64,000 nt of DNA from the NCBI GenBank assembly GCA_051294905.1, contig CM119372.1, forward strand, positions 27,530,001-27,594,000. Direction: 5' to 3'. Position 1 is the first letter of the stretch; each line of letters opens with the position of its first letter. The notes below the pieces were generated by a model. It made no database searches. It was not told the DNA's origin and saw nothing but the letters and a program-made list of their open reading frames with translations. Below, one piece after another: positions 1 to 12,886 of this stretch. This DNA comes from Botryllus schlosseri. Lineage: Eukaryota. Position numbers and translations under genes: made by a program.

Positions 1-718
1 AGACATCATGCGAGAAGATGAATCATGACATCGTAAAACTGTCGGGTTATATAGTGCAGCTAGTAGACCTATGACGTAACACAATTTTATGTGGAATATT
101 TTAAAATCTACTGAAGATTGATCTGGTATCAGAGCATTTGAGCGGTTTAGCCTAATTCTGGTTTGGATATAGTCATGATAAGTATAGGCTGTGGTTACTG
201 TCATCGCCAAGGTCAAATTAAATCAGCGTTACATTTTGCCTTCGATTATTATTGGAACATATGAATAACAACTTTATTATAATCAATATTGGGTCTTAGA
301 AATAGTATTGCTTCGTAACCTTTTTAGCGATCGTATACCCTTGTGCCTCCAATACGATTTTTCTTAGCCCCTGTCCATTTCAAACACAATTTCTGATGAT
401 TCCTATATTAAAATCGGAAAGCCAATTCACATAAAATCACGATTAGCGCGAATACTATTTTCCAGTTGAATAAATTTGCCCCGATAATATTCCACAGCAT
501 TCCTGGTTAAGAACGCCTGGAATTGAAATGTCCAATCGACGAAGAATTCATTGGTGTTACAGCTGTAGAGCATACTACTACCTTACTCCCCGCCGATAAT
601 AACATGGATAAAGAGAGCAAACAACACCCAGCATGTAACCAACTATACGCCACGGGGTCACAGAATACCAATAATTGCCATACTCACCTGATTAGATAGC
701 TATAGATAGAGTATAGAC

Positions 719-1912
719 CAGTGTTCGGGAACCTATGGCTCGCGAGCCATATATGACTCTTTTGGGTATAAGATATGGCTCTTTGCGCCAAATATATATT
801 TTTGTAATAAATTGACCAATATTGAAGCGTCTTGTTGTTAAATTTCCATCATGGCCAAAATAATTATCCTCGTGGCAGTATAAACATATCTTTCAGAGGC
901 AAAGACAATGCCGTCTTCCGGTTTAGGGGCTCGGACCCCCTCCCTTCAAAATCCTCAAATTTAAGTTACTGTCACGCCGGCGGCCAATATCACTCGCGAA
1001 TTCTTTGCGCCAGTATTGTTTATGTTATACTGGAGCCGAACCTCGGCTCCTGGTAATAGGCAGGCTAATGATTAGTTCTGATTGCGCCGTTTATTCAGTT
1101 GCCTTATATAACGACTACTCGTGTTGTTGAGATGTCTCTTCTGTAATAAATGTTTATCGTGTGTCGACATCGTCTCGTGGTGCAACAGAGAGTACAGGCT
1201 CTGTATCCTGATGTGGTTGGTGGCAGCGATAGGATTCGAACCCACGCCATCGAAATGGCTGGTGACACAAACCTCCTCGCGATGTATCCGAATCGAAGTC
1301 TTGAATTGTGCGATACGTTGACTCAAAGAGCATAGGAGACATGGCGGCGCCCATTTCAAAACGCAGTGTAAATACGCATTGTCTTCCTGATCTACGGCAC
1401 GAAATGAACTGTTGTGGAAGTGACATTCACAATTACAAACTCGAATTACAAACAACGCCATAGCTATCCACGTTCCACGTTCTCCACGTACTGTGTAGTA
1501 GGCTACTGGCGATAAAATGTATGCGTGTAGCGCAACGTTATGTTACCGCCGAATACTTTGAGAATTGAGAAGTCGATAAGTATTTAGATTTTCGGAATCA
1601 GTGTGACAGTCACATTCGATTAATATCAGCTGTAAAATTCTAAGCTACTTACGATGAATTGCGTTATCATTGGTGAGGCTTGGCCCGTCTGCATCTTACC
1701 TTTATTTTCGTACAATAGAAGAGACCAGTTTTACAGAAAAAATGTGACGCACACGAGGGATCCCATGCAGTGAGTTTGAATAAGTGCTACCATGGCGTCA
1801 CGAATTTCGAATTGTGACGTAACAGTTGATTGGCATGTATGGCTCTTAGGGAGTGGAGACTGAAAAATGGGGCCAATAGGACTATTCGGGCAAAAAAGGT
1901 TCCCGACCACTG
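719..1912. mobile_element. Non-autonomous hAT-type element (MITE), family copy 1
   Basis: TIRs CAGTGTTCGGGAACC / GGTTCCCGACCACTG; 8-bp TSD gtatagac (711-718) / gtgtagac (1913-1920), 7/8 match; inverted homolog at 53725-54657. Confidence 0.85.
1218..1264 (-). pseudogene. 3' half of a tRNA-Leu-like sequence including terminal CCA (tRNA fragment or extended PBS-like sequence)
   Basis: Reverse complement CACCAGCCATTTCGATGGCGTGGGTTCGAATCCTATCGCTGCCACCA shows a long variable arm (GCCAT/ATGGC), a GGTTCGAATCC T-loop and an acceptor strand plus CCA. No 5' half is present. Confidence 0.7.
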
Positions 1913-2199
1913 GTGTAGACCTTACGCAACGCAAGCTACGGCCTTTTGATATATTACTACTCCCCCTGACAGTTTCCCAGATTGTTGCATCCGTAGGATT
2001 ACCAAGTCACCGTTCCGAGTCGCAAGGCCGTCTCTGATTTTAACATTTGACCCGACTCATCTCAATTCAATTTTATTTAATCACCCAGTCAATCTGAAAT
2101 CGAATAATTTTACGAGAAGGTCGCACCAAACCAAATTACAATTTTCAGTCACGAATCATCAACGGGTCATGTTTTATCATCATGAACTAGAAATGCGAC

Positions 2200-2439
2200 G
2201 TAAAAGCTGATCTTCTACCGCATGGTAGTTTTTAAAAGTGATATGATAGTGAAGTTTGTGGAAATTTCAGTGATTTTTATGGTAGTTTCAGCGTGAACTT
2301 TACGTTCTTATATCTACAAAGAATAGATGGAACTTAAATATATTGTTGAATACTTGAAATTCCAAAATGCCGTCGTGGAGCGCACAAAATGCTCTCGCGG
2401 GCCGCATGCGGCCCGCGGGTCGCGTGGTTAAGACCTCTG
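2200..2439. mobile_element. Terminal fragment of a hAT element related to the 5897-8876 element
   Basis: Resembles ~8670-8876, with GCGGGCCGCA subterminal motifs, and ends in AGACCTCTG. Left boundary approximate. Confidence 0.6.
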
Positions 2440-2940
2440 ATCTATATCGTCTGCTATCGGTTCAACGAATTATATAATAATTGTAATACTACGATTTTTT
2501 TATTCATCCAGCTCATGCGCCGTCTGTTTGACACCCCTGTTTAAGATCATTAGTCACGCCGGTTTAGACAATCTCTTACAGAACATGCATAATAGTTGGT
2601 GAGAGGGGAGGTGGGTTAGTCCCTTGCCCAAATCCAATTCTTTCTATTGGATAAAAATTGCGATCCTCACCCGATCGCATACTCTAGATACCCCCAGACT
2701 TTCGAACAACTTATATTAAATATTGGTACAAGTAAACTATACTCAGCATACATTTTGATGCTAATAAGTGATCCTCTCGGATGGATATGAAACACAGAAT
2801 GACTTGCATAAGAACTAAACGAATATAATGTATGATAAATTTATTATGGGACCACTATCTGTAGCATGATACATTGTTAGCAGTGACGTGATGTGAGGTT
2901 CGTGATTGGTGATGCACTGACCCATATATATTTTCCAAAG

Positions 2941-3038
2941 TGGTTGCTGATGAGGTTGATGACTTTTTTCTAATTACATTACCAATCTTCAAACGCTGGC
3001 TATATGTAAGAAGCTACTATACATCTGCACAATTGAAG
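2941..3038 (+). CDS. Candidate internal exon of an unidentified plus-strand gene
   Basis: ttttccaaag| acceptor and |gtatgt donor; open frame VADEVDDFFLITLPIFKRWLYVRSYYTSAQLK; phase-compatible with candidate exons 5073-5184 and 9521-9576. No homology recognised. Confidence 0.3.
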
Positions 3039-3529
3039 GTATGTATGTATGGATGGAAGATACATAACAGCTATCAGTAAGGGAATGTAACTGCTATCCG
3101 CTACATTTTGGTCGTCTCAACTACACGATTCATACTACAACTTCGGTTTTCGAAATCGACAGCAAGTGGTTTCTAGGTTTGCATTTGAAACAAACGGTGT
3201 CTTAAAACACTCTGTTTGAAAGATGTTTTAAAACAGTGTTTCAGAAAATAACCAGAAAAAATATTGTTTTTTTCAAATGTTGTATTAAATATGCCATAAT
3301 TGTATAAATACTTTCGCAATAACAAAGCATGCAGTATGAGCCTACGGAGGAAATTCCCCCAATATAATCGATTATACGATGTGGGGTGGCTGGAAACCTC
3401 GAAATCTTCGTAGGTTTAACAGTTACGGCATGTGGATATATATTATTGCTACGGAATGGGTGTTTTGATATTGATGATGCTTCAAAACGATGTAGTGCCG
3501 GTTAAAGATATTTTTTTGGCTGTTTAAGA

Positions 3530-3683
3530 CAGTGCTCGGGAGCTATTCTCCTCGAAGGAGCCATACTTACAATATATTTTCAATTGTCAATGTCAATCCA
3601 CAATTAAGAATTAGTGACGTCCCGGTTAAAAAAAACTTGAACAAAAACAAGGGCAATGTTTTAAACTTGTTTGTTTTAAAATG
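3530..3683. repeat. Dispersed repeat (MITE end fragment)
   Basis: Similar to 56240-56400 (CAGTG...GAAGGAGCCATA...GTGACGTC...TTGTTTTAAA). Confidence 0.55.
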
Positions 3684-4060
3684 CAACGCTAATTGTTTCA
3701 CTGCTTGTCGGGCCGTAATGGTGGAGCGTCCTGCTTTTTAATCGGTAGGTCGTGTATCTATATTCTTTTCAGATCAAAGACCTGATTGATAAAACTCGTA
3801 GCATGCTCACGTGGCGCTCAGAAAGTTCGAGAAAGCATGCAGGGGTAGTGAAATAAGAATTGGAGAGCATTACGAGGCCTCACTTGTCCAGCGGCATATG
3901 AACATTATTACTAATATTGCTATATGACCACATTCATTAGGCGTCCTCATCAAGTCCGCTTTAGTCATAATAGACTTTATGGTGCTCAAGTCCGCCACAG
4001 CTTTATATCAATGATATTCAATAAAAAAAAATAACATAAGAAATAGTCACTTCGAAAAAT

Positions 4061-4918
4061 CGGCGCTTCTTCGATATACGCCCGAGATCGAAACAGTGTT
4101 TCACATGTAACCAGCAAGTGTTTCCCATGAACACGATCAAATTTTATAAACGTCAAAATAAATTTTTTTTGCATGTGGAGAGACGGATATTAGGGTTGGA
4201 TGTGGTCAAAGTTGGGGTTAGGGATATCAGGGTTGAGGGAGATTATGGTTGGGGGTAGGTAGATATTAGGGTTGGAGGTGGGTTAGGGTCAAAGTTGGTG
4301 TCAAGGTATCCCAAGATTAGGGTTGGGATATTATGGTCGGGAGAGTATGGAATATCGTGTTCCACACTCCAAACTTATTCTTGGGTTACCCTAACCCCAA
4401 CCCAGCTCTAACCCCATCCCCTAACCCTAATATCCCACCTCCCCAACCCTAATATCCCCCTCTCCTCCAACCCTAATATCACCATTTCCTAACCCTAACA
4501 TAGCTCTAACCCTAACTCTAAACCCATCCCCTGACCCTAATATTCCCCCTCCCCAACCCTAATATCCCCCTCTCCTCCAACCCTAATATCCTTATTTCCA
4601 TCCCTATCACAGCTCTAACCCTAACACAGCTCTAACCCTAACCCTAATATTCCCCCTCCCACACCCTAATATCACCCTCTCCTCCAACCCTAATATCCCC
4701 CTTTCCCAACCCTAATACCCATCATTCCTCGAACCCTAAAATCCTCCCTCCCCAGTCCTAATACCCCCCTCTCCTCCAACCATAATATCCCCGTTCATCA
4801 ACAAAGGCAAAAAACAATTTATTTTGACGTTTAGAAATTTTATTGTGTTCATGTGAAACATTTGTTGGTGTCATGGGGAGCACTGTTTCGATCTGGGGCG
4901 TATATCGAAGAAGCGCCG
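4061..4918. mobile_element. Foldback-like non-autonomous DNA element with internal degenerate TTAGGG/CCCTAA arrays
   Basis: ~110-bp TIRs (CGGCGCTTCTTCGATATACGCCC.../...GGGCGTATATCGAAGAAGCGCCG); flanking direct repeat aaaaat (4055-4060, 4919-4924); TTAGGG-rich left interior and CCCTAA-rich right interior. Confidence 0.8.
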
Positions 4919-5072
4919 AAAAATCTTCTATTTAACCAACCAACTACTTACAGACTCCAAGTCTTATAATATTATATATGTTTATTGCTATGTTACATGA
5001 GTCTATGTACTGTGCTTGCAACAAAATCATCGAGCATAAAATACAAACGTCATATATTTATTTCTACGTTAG

Positions 5073-5184
5073 CCAACAATCAGTGAAGCAGATTATACTC
5101 CGACAATACCGGGGCCAGCGTATACGAATTCAACAAGCATAATAGCTTACCGGCTCACATCACAAACATCAGATCCGCATGGAG
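5073..5184 (+). CDS. Candidate internal exon of the unidentified plus-strand gene
   Basis: tctacgttag| acceptor and |gtaaga donor; open frame PTISEADYTPTIPGPAYTNSTSIIAYRLTSQTSDPHG. Confidence 0.3.
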
Positions 5185-5896
5185 GTAAGATATAAAAATC
5201 CCCCCACACATTTATGCATTTACACATTACATCGATTCGAGCTAAAAATATTGTAGGACAAGTCTTCTTTCAAACGTCCATATGTAGTAACTTTAATGTT
5301 TTCCGTGCTGTGATCCTCTTATTGTTGGGTTTCTGTTGCATCACTCAAGTCTAAAATTTACCGAATACATATAGCATCAGTTAATCTTAGTATAGAAACC
5401 GTATTACAGGTCGTTAGCATATTCTACTGTGCTGCTGCACTGCGTTCATATGATAATTGAGCATCAGTATCTTTACGAAGAGACCCAGTTGAAAAATCGA
5501 TTTTTTTTTTCGAACAATAATATCGGGGAGAAAGTTCACTGGTGAAATCCAACGCCGTCTACGCAGGTGAAACTGGTTCTAAGGTTTATCTGAGCATCTC
5601 GTCCTATGTGTCGCACGTTCTTGGGGCGTCAAAAGAGCCCACAGAATGACCCGATGCCAGACCTTGTCGGTGACGTCTTATTTGGGGATACGAATGGTGA
5701 TACACAATGTTCTTTGCAATTCTCTACCGGTTGACGATTATAGCCTACCCCCGACGCGTGTCAGTCAGGAATATTCTATTTTTATTTTTCAATATGAATA
5801 TATTAAATAATTGTGTACTTTGCTTATACTATTTCTTGAACATTTTCCCACTGTTCAATAAAAATATATATAAATTAAACTAATAATAATTTAGCC

Positions 5897-8876
5897 CAGA
5901 GGTCTCAAACTCAAATGTGGTCGCGGGCCAAATTCTAGTTTTTGACGATGCCGCGGGCCGCAGCCCCGATTGGGGTATTCAATGTCTTTACAGGTAAAAC
6001 ATATGTGATGGGATTATATTGTCCAATTGAAGTTGAGCCAACCTTGCAGACTGAAATTCCACACACACCGTCACAAAATGTGATTTACTATTTTAGCAAT
6101 TCAGGTCTGAAAAAAAAAATCACATTTAGAAGTGTTTGAATGAAATTGTTGTTGTACATGATTGGAGCAATACGGAATGAAATGCAAAGAGGCGGCGATT
6201 CGGAATGAAATGCAAACGTACAAATAAACAAATAAGAACACAATACACGATAAACAGAAGTAGGCTAATGATATATACTCATATCTATAGCTGTAGTCAT
6301 TTTTGGCTACTCAATTGGCAGCGCTTTTGCTTGACAAGGGCCGCAATATTGGGCTTGAACTTGTCAGCAGAAATCAATCTCAGAACCGCTTGTAGATGTT
6401 CATCTGTGATGCGTGACCGTCGCAGAGTCTTGTTGATATTCATGGATGAAAAAAATTGCTCACATACATAATGTGCTTCCAAACATTGCCATAATTCTTG
6501 CTGAAGCAGATACTAACTTCGGAAATCTGTCTCGTGAAATAAACATGTAGAATTCTGGTATCCCTACCTCAGCATACTTTTGCTTCAGCATAGTATCACA
6601 TTGCAGTTCCACTAACTCCATCTGCAATTCTTCAGTCACGCTGTCAATTTCCACAGCAAATGGCGTTGAAAAAGTCGAAATTGCGGTGCCAATGCTTCAA
6701 ATTCAGCAAAGCGCACTTCAAATTGCTGATGTAAATCAGACAGCAAATCTGTATATTCTTTCATGCATTCGGCTTCAACTTTTCCCAATGACTTCAGAGT
6801 TGAGAAATGAGCCAAATTCCCCTCCCTCAACTGCTTCATCCATAAACGTAGTTTGACTTTGAACGATTTCACATGATCATACATATGTGTAATAATTTGT
6901 TTTTTACCTTGAAGCTGCAAGTTCAATTCATTCAAATGATGTGTAATATCTGTTAGGAAAGCAAGATTGCATTGGAAAGTAGCATCAGTTAACGAAGGAA
7001 CAGCCTTTTTTTCATTTGCATGAACGAAGTGATTTCATTTCTGAGTGCAAAGAAACGCTTCAAAACATTTCCACGACTCAGCCATCTTACTTCAGTATGA
7101 TAACGTAGTTCACCATACTCGGAGTCCATTTCTGCAAGAAAGGATTTAAACTGTCGGTGATTCAACCCCCGAGATCGTATAAAGTTGGCTGTTTTAACTA
7201 CAACATCCTTCATTTTCAGACTTTTACTACAAAGGGCTTCTTGGTGTACGATACAGTGTATACTAGCGAAGTTATTCGTCTCGGATTCATGACTGTTTAG
7301 TTTGTTTTTCACAAGTCCAACTACACCCACATTGTCAGAACGCATTGCCGGTGCACCATCTGTGGCCAAACATATCAGCTTATCCCATGCCAAGCCGTAT
7401 TTATCGAAACACTTTTCCAAAGCTTCAAATATATCACGCCCTGTTGTAGTACTCTTTAATGGCATTAATTCTAGAAACTCTTCCGTCAAATTCAGGATGT
7501 AGTCAACACCTCTGATAAACACAGCACACTGTGCGGTATCTGAGATGTCTGTGCTCTCATCTAGGGCAATCGAAAAAGCTTCAAAGTCCTTCATCGCCGC
7601 AACTAATTGATGCTCCACATTTGCTGCTAAATCGGTGACCCTGCTTGCCACTGTATTTGGGGATAAACTGATGCCTTCAAACAGCTTTCTTTTACTTGGA
7701 CATAAAATGTCACTTGCCTCTAAAAGGCATTCTTTTCTGAACAAACCCTCGGTAAAGGGACGTGAGGTCTTTGCTATCATTTCACTGAGAACAAAGTTTG
7801 CTTTTACAGAATCTTCGCTTGACTGAGTAAAATTGGCAAAGAAACTTATTTGTTTGTCAAATGATGATCTCAGTTGGTTAACTTTTTCGTCTCCTACTTT
7901 GCCCTGGTAAGCATCATATTTATCGCGGTGCATTGTTTTGACGTGCCGACGCATGTTATACTCCTTCATTACTGCTATCTTTTGCTGGCAAATAAGACAA
8001 TAACTAGTGTCTCTGAGTGCTGTGACAAAGTATAACTCCTCCCATTTATCTTGAAAAACTCTTCCTTCGTCTGTGATTTTTCTTTTTCTCGAAGCAGAAG
8101 ACATGTGTAATAGCAATTATTTCTATACTAAACTAGCCTTCACCTGGACAATACATTTGAACATTATGGCAAATTCCACCTGACTGATGCAATTTCCTTC
8201 TGTAGCTTCTGCGCTTCAGCTATCTCGGGCCTCACATGAACGGGTATGTATCCATGGGTTCAGGAATTTGTATCTTCGCGATTGCGCAGGCAACACGAGA
8301 ACACACCAGTCCTCAGGGCTATAATAAAATGATTAAATATATTCCTACGGTACAAGATAACGCAGGTACCATAATGAAAACAGACGACCTGTCAAACCCG
8401 CACGCTGCATATACACAGTAACATAACTCCACATCAACCACCAGCTACCTCTGATCCTTGATGCAATCCAACCTAGAGACACTTTCACACACAGCCATCT
8501 CCAGATCCCAGTCGGAACTGACTAAACATGCCATTCCCAGCCATACCACGTGCAACATAGATTAGAAACGGAAATACCGAACGTTATAGAACCCTAGGTT
8601 TTTACATTATGCTGTGATGACAACTTCACGGATGTGAATACTAAATAGGCAATATGACGAAATAACAGTTCATCCGCTCCGCATGGTAACGTTTGAAAGC
8701 GATGTGCTAGTGAAGTTTGATGAGTAATTTGCGGTTTATGGAGCAATTTTAGAGTGAATTTCAGCTTTTCAAATCAGAAAAAATGTGACATTTATTATTG
8801 CCAAATATTTGAATATTCCAACTGTCGACGCGGGCCGCACAAAAAGCTCTCGTGGGCCGCGTGTTTGAGACCTCTG
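5897..8876 (-). mobile_element. Full-length hAT DNA transposon (SPIN/Buster-like), coding region disrupted
   Basis: TIRs CAGAGGTCTCAAAC / GTTTGAGACCTCTG; perfect 8-bp TSD atttagcc (5889-5896, 8877-8884); internal transposase. Confidence 0.95.
6297..8116 (-). pseudogene. hAT transposase (GTF2IRD2-like/SPIN-Buster type), frameshifted
   Basis: Consecutive ORFs 6989-8116, 6636-6935, 6460-6654, 6297-6482. Motifs: CLIC..H..H (BED-like), SIALDESTD, TDGAPAM, HCIVHQEAL, EVRWLSRG, MFGST/CEQFFS dimerisation region. Confidence 0.92.
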
Positions 8877-9520
8877 ATTTAGCCCATAATATTAGGTATA
8901 TATACAAATTACAGAACACAAACTGTACTTCGCAAAGAAACATCTGGTGATTATTTAAAGTTGTTGCACACTCTTTGCGAAAAGGATGTGCATTTCCACC
9001 CTTGTACCATCCCTGATATACGGGTATGAATATACATCCATGGCACCCAAAACCCACACTTATACCGGAGTAAAAACATAGAGTAGGTCTACAGCATTTT
9101 GATCCAAATCATACATGCAGGGACGTAGGAAGGTATGCATGTAGTCGCGTAGGATTTATGACCGCGATATGATTCTGAGTTAGGTTCTGTTTTCGTATAC
9201 CACCCTACTCGGCTCTTTGGATGTTAATACACACATTTTTTTCGCTGGAAGTACAGGCGCGTAACCCACAAATGTCACGACATCTCGGTAAAATGTGCTT
9301 CATTAAACTACTTGGGTAAGTAATTTTCAATTTATACGTTTTGCAATTCCTCATAAAGTATTTGCATAACATTTTATTGAATTTATGGCATCATTTGAGT
9401 TTAAATGGACGAGTTTTAGTATATTGAATTATTATGTTGGTAATCCCGGTAATTCAGACTTTCATTGGTTATATCTTTTTTTCCTAGCAAATATTTGAGT
9501 TAAAATAATTTAATTTTCAG

Positions 9521-9576
9521 GTTTCTGCATGTCTCCTAACAAACATCCGAGTTTCAATCGATGTGAGAAGGCTTGA
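9521..9576 (+). CDS. Candidate terminal exon of the unidentified plus-strand gene
   Basis: Strong acceptor taattttcag|; phase-1 continuation (G)FCMSPNKHPSFNRCEKA*. Confidence 0.25.
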
Positions 9577-9676
9577 GAACTAGGTCATGTGTCTGAAATC
9601 TGTCGTGCTGCAAATCGCCGCAGCACACCAATTGCGCATTAAGCTACTTTACTTGTAGCTAGAACTAATGCCTAAT

Positions 9677-9899
9677 TCACTCATCACTTGCCTCAGTAAT
9701 ACGATGATAGGTATATACGATGCTATCGATCAAATGAGAAGATATTGTTGTCAAATCGGAATACGTGTCTATGGTGTAGATTCTCTCGCCGCCTTTCCTG
9801 CCGTTTGCAATCATCCTGAGTTGGTCAAAGAATTTCATGTAGGCCCCGTCTCCAACTGCGATTGCCGTCACTATCCCTGTCTCTCCGTACTTCTTCCAC
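9677..9899 (-). CDS. VWA-domain protein, terminal coding exon
   Basis: Acceptor tttttcgtgcag|G; frame WKKYGETGIVTAIAVGDG..FDQLRMIAN..RIYTIDTYSDL..IDSI matches the C-terminal strands and helices of a VWA domain; phase 2 joins the exon ending at 48995 (TG|G = Trp). Confidence 0.75.
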
Positions 9900-10204
9900 C
9901 TGCACGAAAAAGTTCATCCACGTATCTAATTCTGTCGTTTTCCAGCCTGATTCGTATCGGAGCTGTAGAATCATAACAGATGGGAAGGCAATAAACTGAT
10001 ATCCGAATGATTTGCGCTTGACAAAATCCGAAGCGTAGCATTAGGCTTCAGGTTAAATCTTGTCTTAACCTTGTGCTAACGCTGTTCGTTGGTCACGACT
10101 TCACAGCAATGTCATTTACAATAACTCACGTAGCTCTTTACTATCTACTTCGTATGCTGTTTTCGACAGTGGGAAAGCAGTGTCGAAACGTTTATCCAGT
10201 TTAA

Positions 10205-10861
10205 CGGAATATATCTTAGTAATTAACTTGGTAATAATAAATAACACAAAGTCAGTGGACTATCTTGAAACATGACGGGAAATGAAAGATATTGGTAACG
10301 CCGTATAATGGTTATCACTAGGGCAAGTTTTTGCAACTTTTGCAACTTTTTTTTACAGCTTCTGGAAGCTTCCTAAATACTCGTAAGATATGTAAAATGC
10401 TGTTTTAAGCTGTTTGAAGGAATCTTATAGTGCCACTTTTTCCAGCTTTCGTCCCTTTTTTTTCATGCAATTCTTCGCAACATTTTGCAACTTTTTCGGT
10501 TTTTCATGAAAGTATTTTTGATTTTGGTGAAATATACGGCCAAATTTGACTGAAATACCGTAAATCAGCACTGAAGCAACGCTCTTACGAGTATTTTGGG
10601 AGCTGAGCCAGAAAATTGACCTTTTTTTAGTCAAACTGGGAAGTTGGCTTTTTTTTAGTCAACCGCGCAAAATGTGGTCTTTTAGTGCAACTTTAGTGAA
10701 AAAATAAATGCTACTTTTTACTGCAACTTTTGTCAAAAAAAAAATGCAACTTTCCTCGGATTTAACTGCAACAAAAACTTGCTCCAGTTATCACATACAG
10801 TACGATATCTCGAAACGTTGTACAGGAAATGATCAATCCAACAGGACATGTGATGTGATAT
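10205..10861 (+). repeat. Left part of an older dispersed repeat 'D', split by two insertions; resumes at 32359-32690
   Basis: 10205-10318, 10795-10861 and 32367-32690 join to match the uninterrupted copy at ~46895-47375. Confidence 0.8.
10319..10786. mobile_element. hAT-type MITE 'A'
   Basis: TIRs TAGGGCAAGTTTTTG / CAAAAACTTGCTCCA; perfect 8-bp TSD gttatcac (10311-10318, 10787-10794). Confidence 0.88.
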
Positions 10862-11029
10862 CAGTGGTGGCTTTTGGGGTAGGCGAGGTAGGCGGTCGCC
10901 TAGGGCCCCCCTGGTTGATTTACGCGCTTTCGAGGCCCCTCCTCAGTTTACGCGCTTTTTTCAACTATTTCTCCGGTTTACGCGCTTTTTTTCAAGTATT
11001 ACCATTTTCCGAATAACCGCGGAATCCTT

Positions 11030-12130
11030 GTATCCATAAAGAATCTTGGTATTGTACCGTAAAGAGGGGTCAAACATCAATCCACATTTTTTAGTTATCA
11101 TTTTACGAATAAACACAAAAATCCATGCACCAATGTAGAATATGGTACCGTAAGCAATTGTCGATCATTAAATTCCTGCACTTGGTGCAAGAGCTCACTT
11201 CGATTTTATAATCTCTATCCATTTTGCCATTAGTTAAAGGCCCCCCCTCCTACATTTACCCGAATGTTATCATTTTGCAGATAACTGCGAAAATACATGT
11301 ACCCATGTAGAATATAATACCGTAAACAGTAGTCAACCCGCTAAAAGAGCTTACTTTGATTTTATAGGGGGGGGCCTCCTACATTTATGCAAATTTTAGT
11401 TATCATTTTGCGAATAGCGGTGAAAATACATGTAGGCATACTGCCTACATATGTAAAATATAGTACCGTAAGCAGTAGTCGATCATTAATTTCTGCAGTA
11501 GTTGCAAGAGCTCACTTTGATTTTATGATCTCTATCCATTTTGACCGTAGCTAAAGGGCCCCCCTCCTACATTTACGCGAATGTTATCATTTTGCAAATA
11601 ACTGTGAAAATACATGTACCCATGTAGAATATAATACCGTAAACAGTAGTCAATTATTAAATTTCTGCGCCCGCTAAATTGGCTTACTTTGATTTTATTA
11701 GGAGGGCCTTCCTTCTTCATTTATGCGATTTTTGGTTATCATTTTACGAATAACCGTGAAAATATATGTACCCATGTAGCATCTGGTACAGTAAACAGCA
11801 GTCGATCATTACATTTCTGCATCAGCTAAATAGCTTGCTTTGATTTTATGAGGCGCCCCCCTACATTTATGCGAATTTTCGCTATCATTTTGCGAATAAC
11901 CGTGAAAATATATTTGCCGATGTCGAATATGGTACCGTAAACAGTCTATCATTAAATTTCTGCACCCGCTAAAAGAGCTTACTTTGAATTCATGTGGGCC
12001 CCCCCTCCCACATTTATGCGAATTTTCGTAATCATTTTGCGAATAACCGTGAAAATACATGCAGGCCTACAGATGTTGTGGAATATGGTACTATAAACGG
12101 TGTTCGATAATTGAATTTCTGTGCTTGTTA
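11030..12130. repeat. Internal minisatellite of element B (~140-190-bp degenerate units)
   Basis: Recurring ATCATTTTGCGAATAACCGTGAAAATACATGTACCCATGTAGAATATGGTACCGTAAACAG...GAGCTTACTTTGATTTTAT; the same array is at ~19600-20510. Confidence 0.85.
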
Positions 12131-12886
12131 AAAGAGCTTACTTCTATTTTATGTCAATGAGGTCATATTATAACGTAATGAATTATTATTGAATATATAC
12201 TTCCTAGTGGCAGCAGTGTATATTTCAGTGCATCAAAATTTTCCAGTATATGTTTGTGTGAGATTCTACTTGCTAGCTCTTGATGCCAGCTTTCATATGG
12301 TATGTTAATTTCTAATGAAGCGAGGCCACACTGAGCCTGAATATCCAAAATATCAAAGGAAATAGTCATTTGAAAAGCCAATGAAAGCATGTAGGCTATT
12401 ATAGCCTATATATTGTTGTTTACTGAGCCATTCTCATGACTCAACATATTTGTTGTGAATTAGGCCTTTTTTGAATGGAAATCCATTCTCGGGGTTGTCA
12501 TGATTTGTTCATTTCTTGTCTGGCAGCTTCCTAAGCACTCAAAGGTTATGCATTATGGTGCTTTAAGCTGTTTGCAGGAATCTTAGATTGCAACTTTTCT
12601 TCATTTTTTCAAGCAATTTTTGCAGCTTTTCGATTTTTCATGCAACTCACTTTTTACTGGAAATATTTGGTACTATATGTAAATAGATCGCTTGATTATT
12701 TCACTGTGGTTTGAATTTGAGGTCATTTCAGATTTGACGTACATTCAGGCTAGACCGCCGTAAATTATATTACCACTGGGCCAATTTTTTCAGGCAATTG
12801 ATTTTGTCGAAGGCGATTACACTGAGTTTTGAGACAGTAGTAGTAGTATAGATCGGTCGCGAACTAACATGGGCTCTTATGGGGGC

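Noticed and set aside
1218..1264. Functional tRNA gene
   Set aside because: Only the 3' half is present; there is no D-arm, A-box or complete anticodon arm.
4180..4790. True telomere or chromosome fusion site
   Set aside because: Repeats are heavily degenerate and enclosed by TIRs with a flanking duplication.
6297..8116. Domesticated GTF2IRD2-like host gene
   Set aside because: Frameshifted and enclosed by TIRs and a TSD, so it is a transposon copy.
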